From NCBI GenBank assembly GCA_016186115.1, contig JACPMK010000003.1, positions 26,470 through 90,469 of the forward strand: 64,000 bases of DNA, in the 5' to 3' direction. Made by a program: the position numbers and the translations under genes. Shown here one piece after another: positions 8,581 through 18,219 of this stretch. This stretch comes from Candidatus Wildermuthbacteria bacterium (GTDB lineage Bacteria; Patescibacteriota; Minisyncoccia; Minisyncoccales; UBA10102). Each line of letters begins with the position of its first letter. Positions within the stretch are counted from its first letter, which is position 1. A model generated the notes under the pieces. That model ran no database searches. It was not told the origin of the DNA and was given only the letters and a program-made list of their open reading frames with translations.

Positions 8581-9939
8581 ATGACAAAAGAAGAACTTTG
8601 GCAGGCGACTCTTGCCCGCATCCAGTTCCAGGTTTCTCCTGCAAATTTTGCAACGTGGCTCCAAAATACCTATATCCTTTCAAAAAAAGATGGGCAATTA
8701 CTTGTTTCTGTCCCTAACAATTTTTCAAAAGAGTGGCTCGAAAATAAATACAATAAAGCCATTTTCAAAACCCTTCGAGAGCTGGACCCGGAAATCAGAC
8801 AAGTAGCGTACACCGTTGAAAAGATTCTCGCAAAGCAAAAAGAGCCAGAAAAAAATTCTTCGGGCGCTTGCGGCGCCGAAGCGCAGCTTGAATTTGCAGA
8901 GTTCAAAATCAATAAATCCACCAATCTTAATCCTCGGTACGCTTTCGATAACTTCATCGTCGGCCCATTCAATGAGCTTGCGCATGCGGCTTCTTTGGCA
9001 ATCGCAAAAAATCCCGGCTCCGTGTATAATCCTCTTTTTGTTTATGGAGGGGTGGGGCTAGGGAAAACCCATCTTCTCCAAGCGGTTGGGAACGAAGTTA
9101 CCAAAGAGGCGCCGGAGAAAAAAGTTCGCTATGTTTCTTCGGAACGATTCACTTCTGGAGTTGTTGCCGCAATTCGCAACCGGACGGTCGACGCCTTTCG
9201 CGTTGCCTACCGAGATATCGACGTACTGATTATCGACGATGTGCAGTTCCTCGCGGGAAAAGACAAAACCCAAGAAGAGCTTTTCCATACTTTCAATACT
9301 CTGTACGAACGAAGCAAGCAAGTTATCTTTTCTTCGGATCGTCCACCCAAATCTATTCCCGCACTAGAGGAACGCCTTCGCTCGCGTTTCGAAGGAGGCA
9401 TGATCGCAGATATCAGCATGCCCGATTATGAAACGCGTGTCGCGATCCTAAAAGCAAAGATGCAGGAAAGAAGTTTCGTACTCGAGGAGCAGATTTGCGA
9501 ATACCTCGCTTCCCACATCCAAAGGAATATCAGAGAGCTTGAGGGGGCGCTCAACCGGCTTCATGCTCATTTCCGACTCGTTAATAAAATGCCCTCCATC
9601 GCCGAAGCGCGCTCTTTGCTAAAAAGCGTCATCCAGAGTCCAAATAAATCGGTGAACTATAAAAAAATTATTGAAACGGTTGCCGAGTTTTACGACCTTA
9701 AAGAAAGGGAGATTCTCGCCGCTTCAAGAAAAAAAGAAGTGGTAAGGCCGCGCCAAATCGCCATGTACCTTCTCCGGGAAGAACTCAAAAGCTCCTTTCC
9801 TTTTATTGGAGAGAGATTCGGTGGCAAAGACCATACAACCGCAATCTATGCCTGTGAAAAAATTGGAAAAGAGATCCAGGAATCCGAAGCTCTTTTTGAT
9901 GAAATCAACTTGATACGCCAGAGAATTTACAGTGCATAA
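8581..9939 (+). CDS. dnaA: Chromosomal replication initiator DnaA
   Basis: AAA+ Walker [11 protein letters not shown], Walker B LIIDDVQF, and a C-terminal DNA-binding helix region (HTTAIYA). Confidence 0.95.
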   Translation: MTKEELWQATLARIQFQVSPANFATWLQNTYILSKKDGQLLVSVPNNFSKEWLENKYNKAIFKTLRELDPEIRQVAYTVEKILAKQKEPEKNSSGACGAEAQLEFAEFKINKSTNLNPRYAFDNFIVGPFNELAHAASLAIAKNPGSVYNPLFVYGGVGLGKTHLLQAVGNEVTKEAPEKKVRYVSSERFTSGVVAAIRNRTVDAFRVAYRDIDVLIIDDVQFLAGKDKTQEELFHTFNTLYERSKQVIFSSDRPPKSIPALEERLRSRFEGGMIADISMPDYETRVAILKAKMQERSFVLEEQICEYLASHIQRNIRELEGALNRLHAHFRLVNKMPSIAEARSLLKSVIQSPNKSVNYKKIIETVAEFYDLKEREILAASRKKEVVRPRQIAMYLLREELKSSFPFIGERFGGKDHTTAIYACEKIGKEIQESEALFDEINLIRQRIYSA

Positions 9940-10093
9940 CTCGACGCGAGTAAAAAAGATAAAGATGTCCGAATAAAATTCTATTTTTTTCCACAGAGCT
10001 CTCCACAACATATTCAAGCTCAACCACGAGTAACCTTCCTAAAAAACGAGGAGACAATAACAATAAACACTCTTTTATAAACTTATTACTACA
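9940..10093. promoter_or_regulatory. dnaA-dnaN intergenic region with DnaA-box-like sites and A+T-rich stretches (candidate oriC part)
   Basis: TTTTCCACA at 9987-9995, CTCTCCACA at 9999-10007, flanked by AAAAAAGATAAAG and AATAAAATTCTATTTTTTT. Confidence 0.5.
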
Positions 10094-11212
10094 ATGAAAG
10101 TAAGTGTACGAAAAGAAAATTTAAAAGAAGGATTGTTTGTTGTGGAACGAGCGATCTCAAAATCGCTAACCCTGCCAATTTTGGGGAACGTCTTGCTGTT
10201 TGTAGAAAAAAATTTCCTTGAATTGGCGGCCACCGATCTCGAAATAGGGGTGCGGTACCGCATTCTTGCGAAGACCGATGAAGAAGGGCAGGTGGTCGCG
10301 CCCGCAAAGGCGCTTTCTCAATTTGTCGCGCTTCTCCCCGCGGCATCGGTTGCGCTTGATGCCAACGAAAAAAGCATGGAAGTTTCCTCTGGCGAGTACG
10401 CCACCAAAATCAAAGTCCTGTCTCCAGACGAGTTTCCTCTTATACCCCTACCGAAAGACGAAAAATACATCGAACTAGAGGCAAAAACATTTTGCCTTGG
10501 GGTTAACCAGGTGGTTGGGATGGCCGGGACGAGTCAGAGCAGGCCGGAAATCTCTGGAGTGTTTTTTTCTTTTGGAGAAAACCAGGTTCGGATTGCGGCA
10601 ACCGACAGCTTTCGGCTTGGAGAGAAGGTCCTTCGCTTGGAAGCGCCACAAGAAGAACGAAGTTTTATTCTGCCCCAACGAGCAGCCCGGGAACTGGTCT
10701 CGATATTTGGCGAAAGGGAGGGGCAGATAAAAACCTACTTTTCCCCAACGCAAGTAATTTTTGATTATATTGCAAACGATCCTTCCCAATCTCGCATCCA
10801 GCTTGTTTCCCGGCTTATCGAAGGAGAGTACCCTCGTTATCGGGATATTGTTCCCTCTCGATACAAAACCAGGGCAGTTGTTGATAAAAATGAGTTCATC
10901 AACCGCATAAAAATTGCGGGTATTTTTTCTGGCAAAACCAGCGAAGTTCGACTCGAGTTCCAGCCCGAAAAAAAAGGAATTGCCATTTTTTCCCAAAATA
11001 CCGACATAGGAGAACAGCATTCTTTTCTTTCGGCAGAGGTTACGGGAGAGCCAATGGAGGCCGCTTTTAATTGGAAATTTCTTTTGGAGGGGGCGCTGGG
11101 AGTGGAGGCAAATTCTTTGGAGATGGCAATGAGCGCGGAAGATGGTCCGGCAGCGTTTCTCCCCCCAGCAGAGGAAGGGTATATGTATATCATTATGCCC
11201 ATCCGAATGTAG
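10094..11212 (+). CDS. dnaN: DNA polymerase III beta sliding clamp
   Basis: 372-aa three-domain clamp pattern (ATDSFRL, LIEGEYPRY motifs), directly after dnaA. Confidence 0.95.
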   Translation: MKVSVRKENLKEGLFVVERAISKSLTLPILGNVLLFVEKNFLELAATDLEIGVRYRILAKTDEEGQVVAPAKALSQFVALLPAASVALDANEKSMEVSSGEYATKIKVLSPDEFPLIPLPKDEKYIELEAKTFCLGVNQVVGMAGTSQSRPEISGVFFSFGENQVRIAATDSFRLGEKVLRLEAPQEERSFILPQRAARELVSIFGEREGQIKTYFSPTQVIFDYIANDPSQSRIQLVSRLIEGEYPRYRDIVPSRYKTRAVVDKNEFINRIKIAGIFSGKTSEVRLEFQPEKKGIAIFSQNTDIGEQHSFLSAEVTGEPMEAAFNWKFLLEGALGVEANSLEMAMSAEDGPAAFLPPAEEGYMYIIMPIRM

Positions 11213-11227
11213 CGTACCTTACTTCTT

Positions 11228-13141
11228 CTACTGGGCGGGAGAGGAAAGATAGGGAAGCGCATTCCTCATAAAATAGTTCCAGATTGGAGCAGCAAGCTCA
11301 ACGCCGGGCCCACGTTCCATGTAATCATTGTTGTTGTTTCCAACCCATGCTCCGGCAACAATTTTATCGGTATAGCCAATAGCCCAAGCATCTTTATAGT
11401 CCTGCGTAGTTCCTGTTTTTGCCGCAACGCGATACCCTTCAATATAAAGCGGAGAGCGGGCTCCGAAGATGGGGGCCCGTGCGTCGTTATCAGAAAGAAT
11501 GTCAGTAATGAGTCGGGCTACATCAGGAGAGAGAACTGTCGCGGGGATTTTTTTGTTTTCTTCAATGGTATCTCCTTCAGAATCCTTGATGCGGATAATG
11601 GAAACAGGCGGCACCCTTCTCCCTTCGGTGGCAAAGACGCCGTAGGCCGAGGTTATATCTAGTAGCCGAACCTCTCCTCCTCCCAAAACCAAAGCGGGGC
11701 CGTAAAAAGAGAGATCGCGATTCAACGTGGTAACCCCCATTTTTTTTGCGGTCTCGATGCTTTCTTGGATGCCTGCGTACTCCAGCAGGGTTTTTACCGC
11801 GGGGATGTTCAATGATTGAGCGAGGGCAACGCGGATGGTTACGGGGCCACGGAATTTCCCGTCGTAGTTTTGGGGAATGTATTCTTTCCCGCCCCATACT
11901 CCAAAGTTCGTGAGCTCATCTATAATAATGGTTTGATCGTTTGCCGCCCCTCTTTCAAATGCAGTTGCGTATACAAAGGGCTTGAACGCGGAACCCGGTT
12001 GGCGTCCGGGGTACGCGTTCACAATATTAACCTTGGGGTCAAAAAGACAATTTTTGCCCGGGACGCATCCTTTTGGATAAGAATCTCCGTCCCAGCTTTT
12101 AGATCCTACCATAGCGAGAATTTCTCCTGTTTGGGGGGTGATTGCAACCAGCGCCGCATTATGCGCATTGTATGCCTTATTGCGCTCGACATAAGTCTGG
12201 ACCGCCGTTTCCGCGGCTTTTTGTAGATTCCAATCCAAGCTCGTATACACATTAAGCCCGTTTGTCCGGACAAAATCCTCTCCGTATCGGTCGAATAGCT
12301 GGTCGAGAATATACATGATAAAGTGAGGGGCTTTAATGCTCTCGGAGGGTTCCTGCGAGAGGAATTGTATCTCTGCTTTTTTCGCGTCTTCGGCCTCGTT
12401 GGTAGCGATGTATTCTTCCTGTGCCATGCGGTCTAGCACGTAATTTTTTCTTGCCAGCAATTTATCTTTCCGGTCGCCATATGGAGAATAATAAGAAGGT
12501 GCTTGGATCAGCGCAGCAAGGGTTGCGGATTCTGCAAGCGTAAGTTCGCCCGGCTTTTTACGAAAATAGAGTTGCGAGGCCGCACCCACGCCATAGGTGT
12601 TTGCGCCCAAGGGTACTTGATTGAGATAAAATCCCAAAATTTCATCCTTGGAATAGCGGCGCTCCAATTCAAGGGTGATAACAACTTCTTTGATTTTTCG
12701 TTCGAATGTTTTTTCTCTGGTGAGAAATGAGGTGCGCACTAACTGTTGAGTAATAGTTGAGCCGCCTTGAGCAGGACCACGCAGCCGGATATTTGCAAGA
12801 GCTGCTCTGGCAATGCTTGTGGGGTCAATGCCGAAATGATGGTAGAATCTCCTGTCTTCAGTTGCGATTACTGCCTGCTGAAGATATTTTGGAGTTTCCG
12901 AAAGCAGGACAGGATCGCGCTTTTCTTTTTCGTAAATTTCGTAGAGAAGCACTTTGCCGGTTCTGTCGTAAATTTTTGTGGGCTGGGAGAACGATGCTTC
13001 GGTGAATCGTTCGGGTCGCGGGAGGTCTTTTGTGTAATAAAAAAACAAGCCCATAATCACTGCAATCCCGAGCACCATAACCGCAAAGAAGGCCCCGATG
13101 CCCCACACAATGCCGCGCATGAGTGTTTTATGAGTTCGCAT
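11228..13141 (-). CDS. Class A penicillin-binding protein (transglycosylase/transpeptidase, PBP1A family)
   Basis: N-terminal TM; GT51 motifs EDRRFYHHFGID and GGSTITQQL; transpeptidase motifs SAFKPF and KTGTT. Confidence 0.9.
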   Translation of the reverse strand: MRTHKTLMRGIVWGIGAFFAVMVLGIAVIMGLFFYYTKDLPRPERFTEASFSQPTKIYDRTGKVLLYEIYEKEKRDPVLLSETPKYLQQAVIATEDRRFYHHFGIDPTSIARAALANIRLRGPAQGGSTITQQLVRTSFLTREKTFERKIKEVVITLELERRYSKDEILGFYLNQVPLGANTYGVGAASQLYFRKKPGELTLAESATLAALIQAPSYYSPYGDRKDKLLARKNYVLDRMAQEEYIATNEAEDAKKAEIQFLSQEPSESIKAPHFIMYILDQLFDRYGEDFVRTNGLNVYTSLDWNLQKAAETAVQTYVERNKAYNAHNAALVAITPQTGEILAMVGSKSWDGDSYPKGCVPGKNCLFDPKVNIVNAYPGRQPGSAFKPFVYATAFERGAANDQTIIIDELTNFGVWGGKEYIPQNYDGKFRGPVTIRVALAQSLNIPAVKTLLEYAGIQESIETAKKMGVTTLNRDLSFYGPALVLGGGEVRLLDITSAYGVFATEGRRVPPVSIIRIKDSEGDTIEENKKIPATVLSPDVARLITDILSDNDARAPIFGARSPLYIEGYRVAAKTGTTQDYKDAWAIGYTDKIVAGAWVGNNNNDYMERGPGVELAAPIWNYFMRNALPYLSSPAQ

Positions 13142-13244
13142 GATGTTCCTTCTACATGGCTCAAATTATCATCTTTTCTCTTCATGCGCAACCAGAGGCG
13201 TTTGAGATTGCGACGCAATTCAGCTAGAATAAAGAAAAGTATTT

Positions 13245-14429
13245 ATGCCCAAGAGAGATATCGCCTCCATTCTCACCCGACGGGTAGAAACCATTCTGCC
13301 TACAAGAGAAGGCCTTGAACAGTTGATGCGGCAACGCAAAATCAAGGTCTATCTTGGAGTTGATCCCACCAGTCCCAATTTGCATTTGGGCCATGCAGTA
13401 CTTTTCCATAAACTCCGAGAATTTCAAGAACTCGGACACAAAATAATTCTTTTGTTCGGCACATTCACCGCTCGCATTGGCGACCCTTCCGGACGGGAGA
13501 ATGCGCGGGAACAGCTTACACCCCAGCAGGTCAGGCAAAACATGATTGCTTACAAAAAGCAGGCGGCAAAGATTTTGGATGTTTCGAAAACAATAATCAA
13601 ATATAATGATACCTGGCTTAAGCGCCTTACATTTGAGGACGTACTTAAAATAGCATCCCAGTTTACGAGTAGTCAGCTTTTGGAACGGGACATGTTTCAG
13701 CAGCGTTTCAAAGAAGGAAAAGAGGTCTGGATGCATGAGCTTTTGTATCCCTTAATGCAGGGGTATGATTCCGTGGCATTGGACGTGGATTTGGAAATTG
13801 GAGCAATCGACCAAACGTTTAATATGCTGGTTGGCAGAAAACTAGAGAAGATATATCGCAATAAAGAAAAATTTGTTTTAACGACCCCTTTGCTTCTTGG
13901 CTTGGACGGCAGAAAAATGAGCAAAACATACGGGAACGCCGTTCATTTGCTCGATGGTCCAGATGAAATGTACGGGAAATTAATGAGCCTGAAAGACGAA
14001 TTGGTCTTGCATTATTTTGAACTTTGTACGGATGTGCCAGAAGAGGAGATTCGCACGATAGCAAAAGCTCTTCAGGAGCGGAGCATCTCGCCGCGCGATC
14101 TCAAGGCGCGTTTAGCCCGGGAAATTGTTACTTTCTATCACGGGGTAAAGAATGCGCAAAAAGCAGAGCAAGAATTTATCAGAGTGTTTCGGGAAAAGCA
14201 GATGCCCTCACGGATTCAGGAGGTACACATTGAGAAATTCCAGCTCGCCCTTCTCGATCTTCTCGTCGAGACGCAACTTGTTCCGAGCCGTTCTGAAGCA
14301 AGAAGAGTCATTACCCAAGGGGGCGTAAAAATTGATGGGAAAATGCAAAAAGAAGCCGATCGCATTGTCTCTCTCCAAAAAGGAATGGTGGTGCAGGTGG
14401 GGAAGAGGAATTTTGTGCGCCTAGCTTAG
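13245..14429 (+). CDS. tyrS: Tyrosyl-tRNA synthetase
   Basis: HLGH (HIGH-type) and KMSKT motifs, with a C-terminal S4-like domain (SRSEARRVITQGGVKIDG). Confidence 0.95.
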   Translation: MPKRDIASILTRRVETILPTREGLEQLMRQRKIKVYLGVDPTSPNLHLGHAVLFHKLREFQELGHKIILLFGTFTARIGDPSGRENAREQLTPQQVRQNMIAYKKQAAKILDVSKTIIKYNDTWLKRLTFEDVLKIASQFTSSQLLERDMFQQRFKEGKEVWMHELLYPLMQGYDSVALDVDLEIGAIDQTFNMLVGRKLEKIYRNKEKFVLTTPLLLGLDGRKMSKTYGNAVHLLDGPDEMYGKLMSLKDELVLHYFELCTDVPEEEIRTIAKALQERSISPRDLKARLAREIVTFYHGVKNAQKAEQEFIRVFREKQMPSRIQEVHIEKFQLALLDLLVETQLVPSRSEARRVITQGGVKIDGKMQKEADRIVSLQKGMVVQVGKRNFVRLA

Positions 14430-14930
14430 GGGGATATTCTTTTGGAGAAGCAGGGAGCAGCTTAGCGCAATACCAAGAGCGTCAGCCGCATCGTCGGGCT
14501 TTGGGATTTCCGGGAGCCGGAGCAACTCCTTGAGCATCCATTGGACTTGGCGCTTTTCTGCTCTTCCATAGCCGGTAACGGCAAGCTTCATTTGGAGCGG
14601 AGTAAATTCATGTACGGGAATTTTGTTTTTGGCAATGAGGGCCAGAAGAACTCCTCTGGCCTCACTCACGCCGATTATGGTTTTTTGATTCTTGAAAAAA
14701 AAGAGACGTTCAATACCGATGGCGTCTGGTTTATATTTTTTTAATACTTTTGCAAAGGATTTTTCCAATAAGAGCAGGCGTTCTCCTGCATTTTTGTCGC
14801 GCGGAGTTTTCATTACCCCATATCCGACGCATTCAAAGCCAGCGTGAGGATTTTTTGCCGCTCCCGACTTGTTGCAAAGCACGCCATACCCACACGATTC
14901 TGTGCCAGGGTCGAGACCGAGAATCGTCAT
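14421..14930 (-). CDS. ruvC: Holliday junction resolvase RuvC
   Basis: N-terminal ILGLDPG motif and C-terminal DAADALGIAL motif. Confidence 0.9.
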   Translation of the reverse strand: MTILGLDPGTESCGYGVLCNKSGAAKNPHAGFECVGYGVMKTPRDKNAGERLLLLEKSFAKVLKKYKPDAIGIERLFFFKNQKTIIGVSEARGVLLALIAKNKIPVHEFTPLQMKLAVTGYGRAEKRQVQWMLKELLRLPEIPKPDDAADALGIALSCSLLLQKNIPLS

Positions 14931-14934
14931 GAGT

Positions 14935-15666
14935 TTATTTCAAGTTTGAATATATTTCTTGCACGTCCTCGCTTTCATCAAGAGCGTCAAATAATTCTTG
15001 GGCAATTTTCTTATTCTGTTCGTCAAGAGCGATGCGTTCCTTGGGAACCCAATCGAGCGTCGCATCTTCAATCGCGAACCTCCTTTCCTGCAATTTCTTT
15101 TTTGTTTCTTCGAGTTGCGTTGGGATGGTGTAGATATCAAGCATAGTATCCTCGTGCCAATACAAGTCCTGTGCGCCTGCTTCAATCGCGGCAAGCTCAA
15201 GCTCTTCTTTGGGCGCCGCAGGGCCCTCTTCGGGATTGGGGCTGATGATTATTACTCCTTTTTGTTCAAACATCCAGCGCACCGAACCGCCTTCCGCAAG
15301 TTTCCCCTGGTGCCTGGCGAGAATTTGTTTTACTTCTCCCAACATTCGGTTGCGATTATCAGTGATGCCCTTAATGAGCAATGCGGCTCCGCCTGGTCCG
15401 TATGCCTCAAGCAGCACTTCTTCAAGGCGTGCGCCCGTTTCTTCGCCGGTTCCTCTTTTGATCGCCCTCGTAATGTTTTCAGAGGGCATATTGATGTCCT
15501 TTGCTTTTTCAATAATCGCGCGCAACACAGTATTGATGGAGGGGTCTCCACCCTGTCTTGCGGCAATGGTGAGCTCGCGAGCAAACTTTGAAAACAGTTT
15601 GCTGCGCTTGGCATCAGCCAGCCCTTTTTTATGTTTTATGCCTGCCCAATGGCTGTGTCCCGACAT
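14935..15666 (-). CDS. yebC: YebC/PmpR family DNA-binding regulator
   Basis: MSGHSHWAGIKHKKG start and full-length YebC pattern. Confidence 0.9.
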   Translation of the reverse strand: MSGHSHWAGIKHKKGLADAKRSKLFSKFARELTIAARQGGDPSINTVLRAIIEKAKDINMPSENITRAIKRGTGEETGARLEEVLLEAYGPGGAALLIKGITDNRNRMLGEVKQILARHQGKLAEGGSVRWMFEQKGVIIISPNPEEGPAAPKEELELAAIEAGAQDLYWHEDTMLDIYTIPTQLEETKKKLQERRFAIEDATLDWVPKERIALDEQNKKIAQELFDALDESEDVQEIYSNLK

Positions 15667-15750
15667 GCTTTATAATTTTAGCAGGGGGACTCCAAGTTTT
15701 CAATCCCTTCTCTTTAAGCTCGAGTAAGCGATTTTTCTTTATACAAAATA

Positions 15751-16734
15751 CTACATGCCAAATACTTTTCGCGGCAATTTCAGGCGGAGGTGCTCATAGG
15801 CGAGCTTGGTGGCGATTCTGCCGCGCGGGGTACGGTCGATAAAACCGAGACGGAGAAGATAAGGTTCGTAGACGTCAAGAATTGCGTCCTGTTCTTCCGA
15901 GGTCGCGGCGGCCAACGCCTGAATCCCCACCGGTCCCCCTGAAAATTTAAGGATAATGGCTTCGAGAATTTTTCGATCGCCGGGCTCCAATCCATAGTCG
16001 TCAATCTCAAAAGAGCAAAGCGCGTGCTCCGTGGTCTCTGTGGTGATTCCATCTTTTCCTTCGGTGACTGCAAAATCGCGGACGCGTTTTAAGATGCGGT
16101 TGGCGATGCGCGGAGTATAGCGGGAGCGATCTGCAATCAGCGCGACGGCTTTTCTATCGATCGCAATTTTTAAGAGAACAGCCGATCGCTCGATAATCTG
16201 CGCGAGTTCTTCTTTTTCGTACATGGAGAATCGGAAAATTGCTCCAAACCTGTTGCGCAGAGGCATGGGGAGAAGGGCAATTTTAGTGGTGGCGCCAATG
16301 AGCGTGAAGCGTGGGAGCGGAATATCTACGGTTCTTGCAAGAAGCCCCTTGCCAAGGATGATATGGAGCACAAATTCTTCCATTGCCGAGTACAGCGCTT
16401 CCATTGCGGTTTTGCGCACTCGGTGGCATTCGTCAATAAAAAGAATATCGTTGTCTTGGAGATTGGTGAGGAGCGATGCGAGGTCTCCGCTTTTTTCAAG
16501 AGCTGGCCCAGAGCAGATTTTCATTTGAGCGTTCATTTCGCGAGCCACGATATGCGCGAGCGTAGTCTTCCCAAGGCCAGAATTGCCGTAAAAGAGGAGA
16601 TGCTCCAAGGTTTCGCCTCTTTTTTTTGCGGATTCAATAATAATGCGGAGATTATGCTTAATTTTTTCTTGCCCAATATATTCAGCCCATGTGAAAGGCC
16701 GCAGATTGGTATCAAATTCTCGTTCTTCAACCAT
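15751..16734 (-). CDS. ruvB: Holliday junction branch-migration helicase RuvB
   Basis: Walker A GNSGLGKTTLA, Walker B ILFIDECHR, and a RuvB C-terminal winged helix. ATG at 16734 preferred over the TTG at 16743. Confidence 0.95.
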   Translation of the reverse strand: MVEEREFDTNLRPFTWAEYIGQEKIKHNLRIIIESAKKRGETLEHLLFYGNSGLGKTTLAHIVAREMNAQMKICSGPALEKSGDLASLLTNLQDNDILFIDECHRVRKTAMEALYSAMEEFVLHIILGKGLLARTVDIPLPRFTLIGATTKIALLPMPLRNRFGAIFRFSMYEKEELAQIIERSAVLLKIAIDRKAVALIADRSRYTPRIANRILKRVRDFAVTEGKDGITTETTEHALCSFEIDDYGLEPGDRKILEAIILKFSGGPVGIQALAAATSEEQDAILDVYEPYLLRLGFIDRTPRGRIATKLAYEHLRLKLPRKVFGM

Positions 16735-16776
16735 CCTTGACAATAAATTTCTTATATAGTATAATACTTGTGTTCT

Positions 16777-16929
16777 ATAATCTCTTTAAAGAACTGGGGA
16801 CAGCAGGAATGTTTCTTAGTTGGATGATCTGGTCCGCCCATTTTTGGGCGGACGAGATCTCTCCTCGGAAAGATTCTAAACTTTGGTCCAGGTACTATAG
16901 TTTTGTCCCCAGCTCTTTAAAGAGATTAT
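16777..16929. repeat. 153-bp element bounded by 26-bp terminal inverted repeats with an internal strong hairpin (MITE-like or structured RNA)
   Basis: ATAATCTCTTTAAAGAACTGGGGACA (16777-16802) against TGTCCCCAGCTCTTTAAAGAGATTAT (16904-16929), 25/26 complementary. The internal hairpin GATCTGGTCCGCCCA-TTTT-TGGGCGGACGAGATC carries one internal C/G mismatch. The element fills the pilB-ruvB gap. Confidence 0.55.
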
Positions 16930-16932
16930 TTG

Positions 16933-18219
16933 TTATTCGGGCGCCTCACGCTCAACCTCCTCCATGGTTGTAATACCCTCGAGCACTTTCATGATGCCGT
17001 TTTGGCGCATGGGTATCATGCCATGCCGAACCGTAAACCTCTGAATTTCTCCGATGGAGGGAGAACCCGCAAGAAAGGGTTCCATTTTTTCATCGATACG
17101 GAATGCTTCGAAAATACCAATTCGACCTCGGTATCCTGTCCCATTGCATTGTTCGCACCCCTTCGCTTGGGGGATACTCCATTGAGAAGAAATCTTTGGT
17201 CGTATATTTGGATTCAACTTTTTGAGCGCATCCTCAATCTGTTTGCGGGTTGCTTGGTCGGGGCTTATGAGCATTTTGCATTGTTGGCAAACCCTTCGTA
17301 CTAAGCGTTGGGCAATTGCCATGGTAAGCGCAGGAGCAATGAGAGATGGTTGTGCGCCCAAACTTAGGAGTCGCGGGATGGTTCCGGCAGCATTGTTGGT
17401 GTGAAGCGTGGTAAAGACAAGGTGGCCGGTGAGAGCTGCTTGCAGAGCAATTTCTGCGGTTTGGTTATCCCGCACCTCGCCCACAAAAATAATATCCGGA
17501 TCTTGCCGCACAATTGCCTGAAGGCCATTGGCAAAATCATATCCCTTCGCTGGGTTTACTTGAGTTTGCGAAATAGCGTTCAGATGATATTCGATAGGGT
17601 CTTCAATCGTAATAATTTTTAATTCCGGCTTTTGAAGCGCTTTAAGAAAGGCATACAGCGTTGTTGTTTTGCCGCAGCCCGTGGGGCCCGTGACAACGAT
17701 CATCCCGTTGGGCTTCCCTATTTCACTTTTGAACATTTGGAGGAGATCTTTTCTTAACCCGAGATTTTCGAGATCAACAAGATGAGCTGGGTTTAAAATT
17801 CGTATGACAATTGCCTCTCCGTATTCTGCGGGCAATGCAGAGACACGCGCTTCGATTGCATGTTCTTTGTCAAGCGCAAAAGAAAACCTGCCATCTTGAG
17901 GGCGATCGGTTACATTGAGCTTGATTCCATGGGAAAGGAGTTTGATGCGCGAAAGAACTTCTTGATAGAGCGCAGGCGGAATGGTTCCGGCGTCGTGGAG
18001 CATGCCGTCGATGCGAAGACGAATTTTTGTCACCTCATTTTCTGGCTCCATATGGAGATCAGAGACATCGAGAATAACCGCAGTAGCAAGGAGAAAGTCC
18101 ACGAGTTCGGATATCGTCTTTGATTGGGCAAGGGAAAGATATTGTTGAAATTCGGAGAGATTACGAACGCGTTCCTTCGCCTCGTTTTGAATGGAGGGCG
18201 AGAGAGCAATTTCATTCAT
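16933..18219 (-). CDS. pilB: GspE/PilB-type secretion / type IV pilus assembly ATPase
   Basis: Walker A GPTGCGKTTT, Asp box, Walker B IIFVGEVRD, His box LVFTTLHT, C-terminal CxxC...CxxC. The ATG at 18219 overlaps the upstream stop as ATGA. Confidence 0.85.
   Translation of the reverse strand: MNEIALSPSIQNEAKERVRNLSEFQQYLSLAQSKTISELVDFLLATAVILDVSDLHMEPENEVTKIRLRIDGMLHDAGTIPPALYQEVLSRIKLLSHGIKLNVTDRPQDGRFSFALDKEHAIEARVSALPAEYGEAIVIRILNPAHLVDLENLGLRKDLLQMFKSEIGKPNGMIVVTGPTGCGKTTTLYAFLKALQKPELKIITIEDPIEYHLNAISQTQVNPAKGYDFANGLQAIVRQDPDIIFVGEVRDNQTAEIALQAALTGHLVFTTLHTNNAAGTIPRLLSLGAQPSLIAPALTMAIAQRLVRRVCQQCKMLISPDQATRKQIEDALKKLNPNIRPKISSQWSIPQAKGCEQCNGTGYRGRIGIFEAFRIDEKMEPFLAGSPSIGEIQRFTVRHGMIPMRQNGIMKVLEGITTMEEVEREAPE

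Noticed and set aside
10475-11262. Minus-strand ORFs of 181 aa and 141 aa inside dnaN
   Set aside because: They are antisense shadow ORFs of the sliding-clamp gene.
13156-13227. Micro-ORF MAQIIIFSLHAQPEAFEIATQFS upstream of tyrS as an Ile attenuator
   Set aside because: There is no terminator or alternative pairing downstream. The best tyrS promoter (TTGAGA-17-TAGAAT) overlaps the 3' end of the micro-ORF, so its transcript would start downstream of the micro-ORF. I keep it as a caution that Ile-containing micro-ORFs arise by chance in A/T-rich DNA.
14998-15727. Two plus-strand ORFs (197 aa and 172 aa) inside yebC
   Set aside because: They are antisense to a full-length, highly conserved YebC, and no motifs are present.
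16777-16929. The TIR element as SRP (4.5S) RNA, 6S RNA or a tRNA
   Set aside because: Neither strand has a GGAA/GCAG-type SRP domain IV motif, a cloverleaf, or 6S-like central bubble features that I could recognise.
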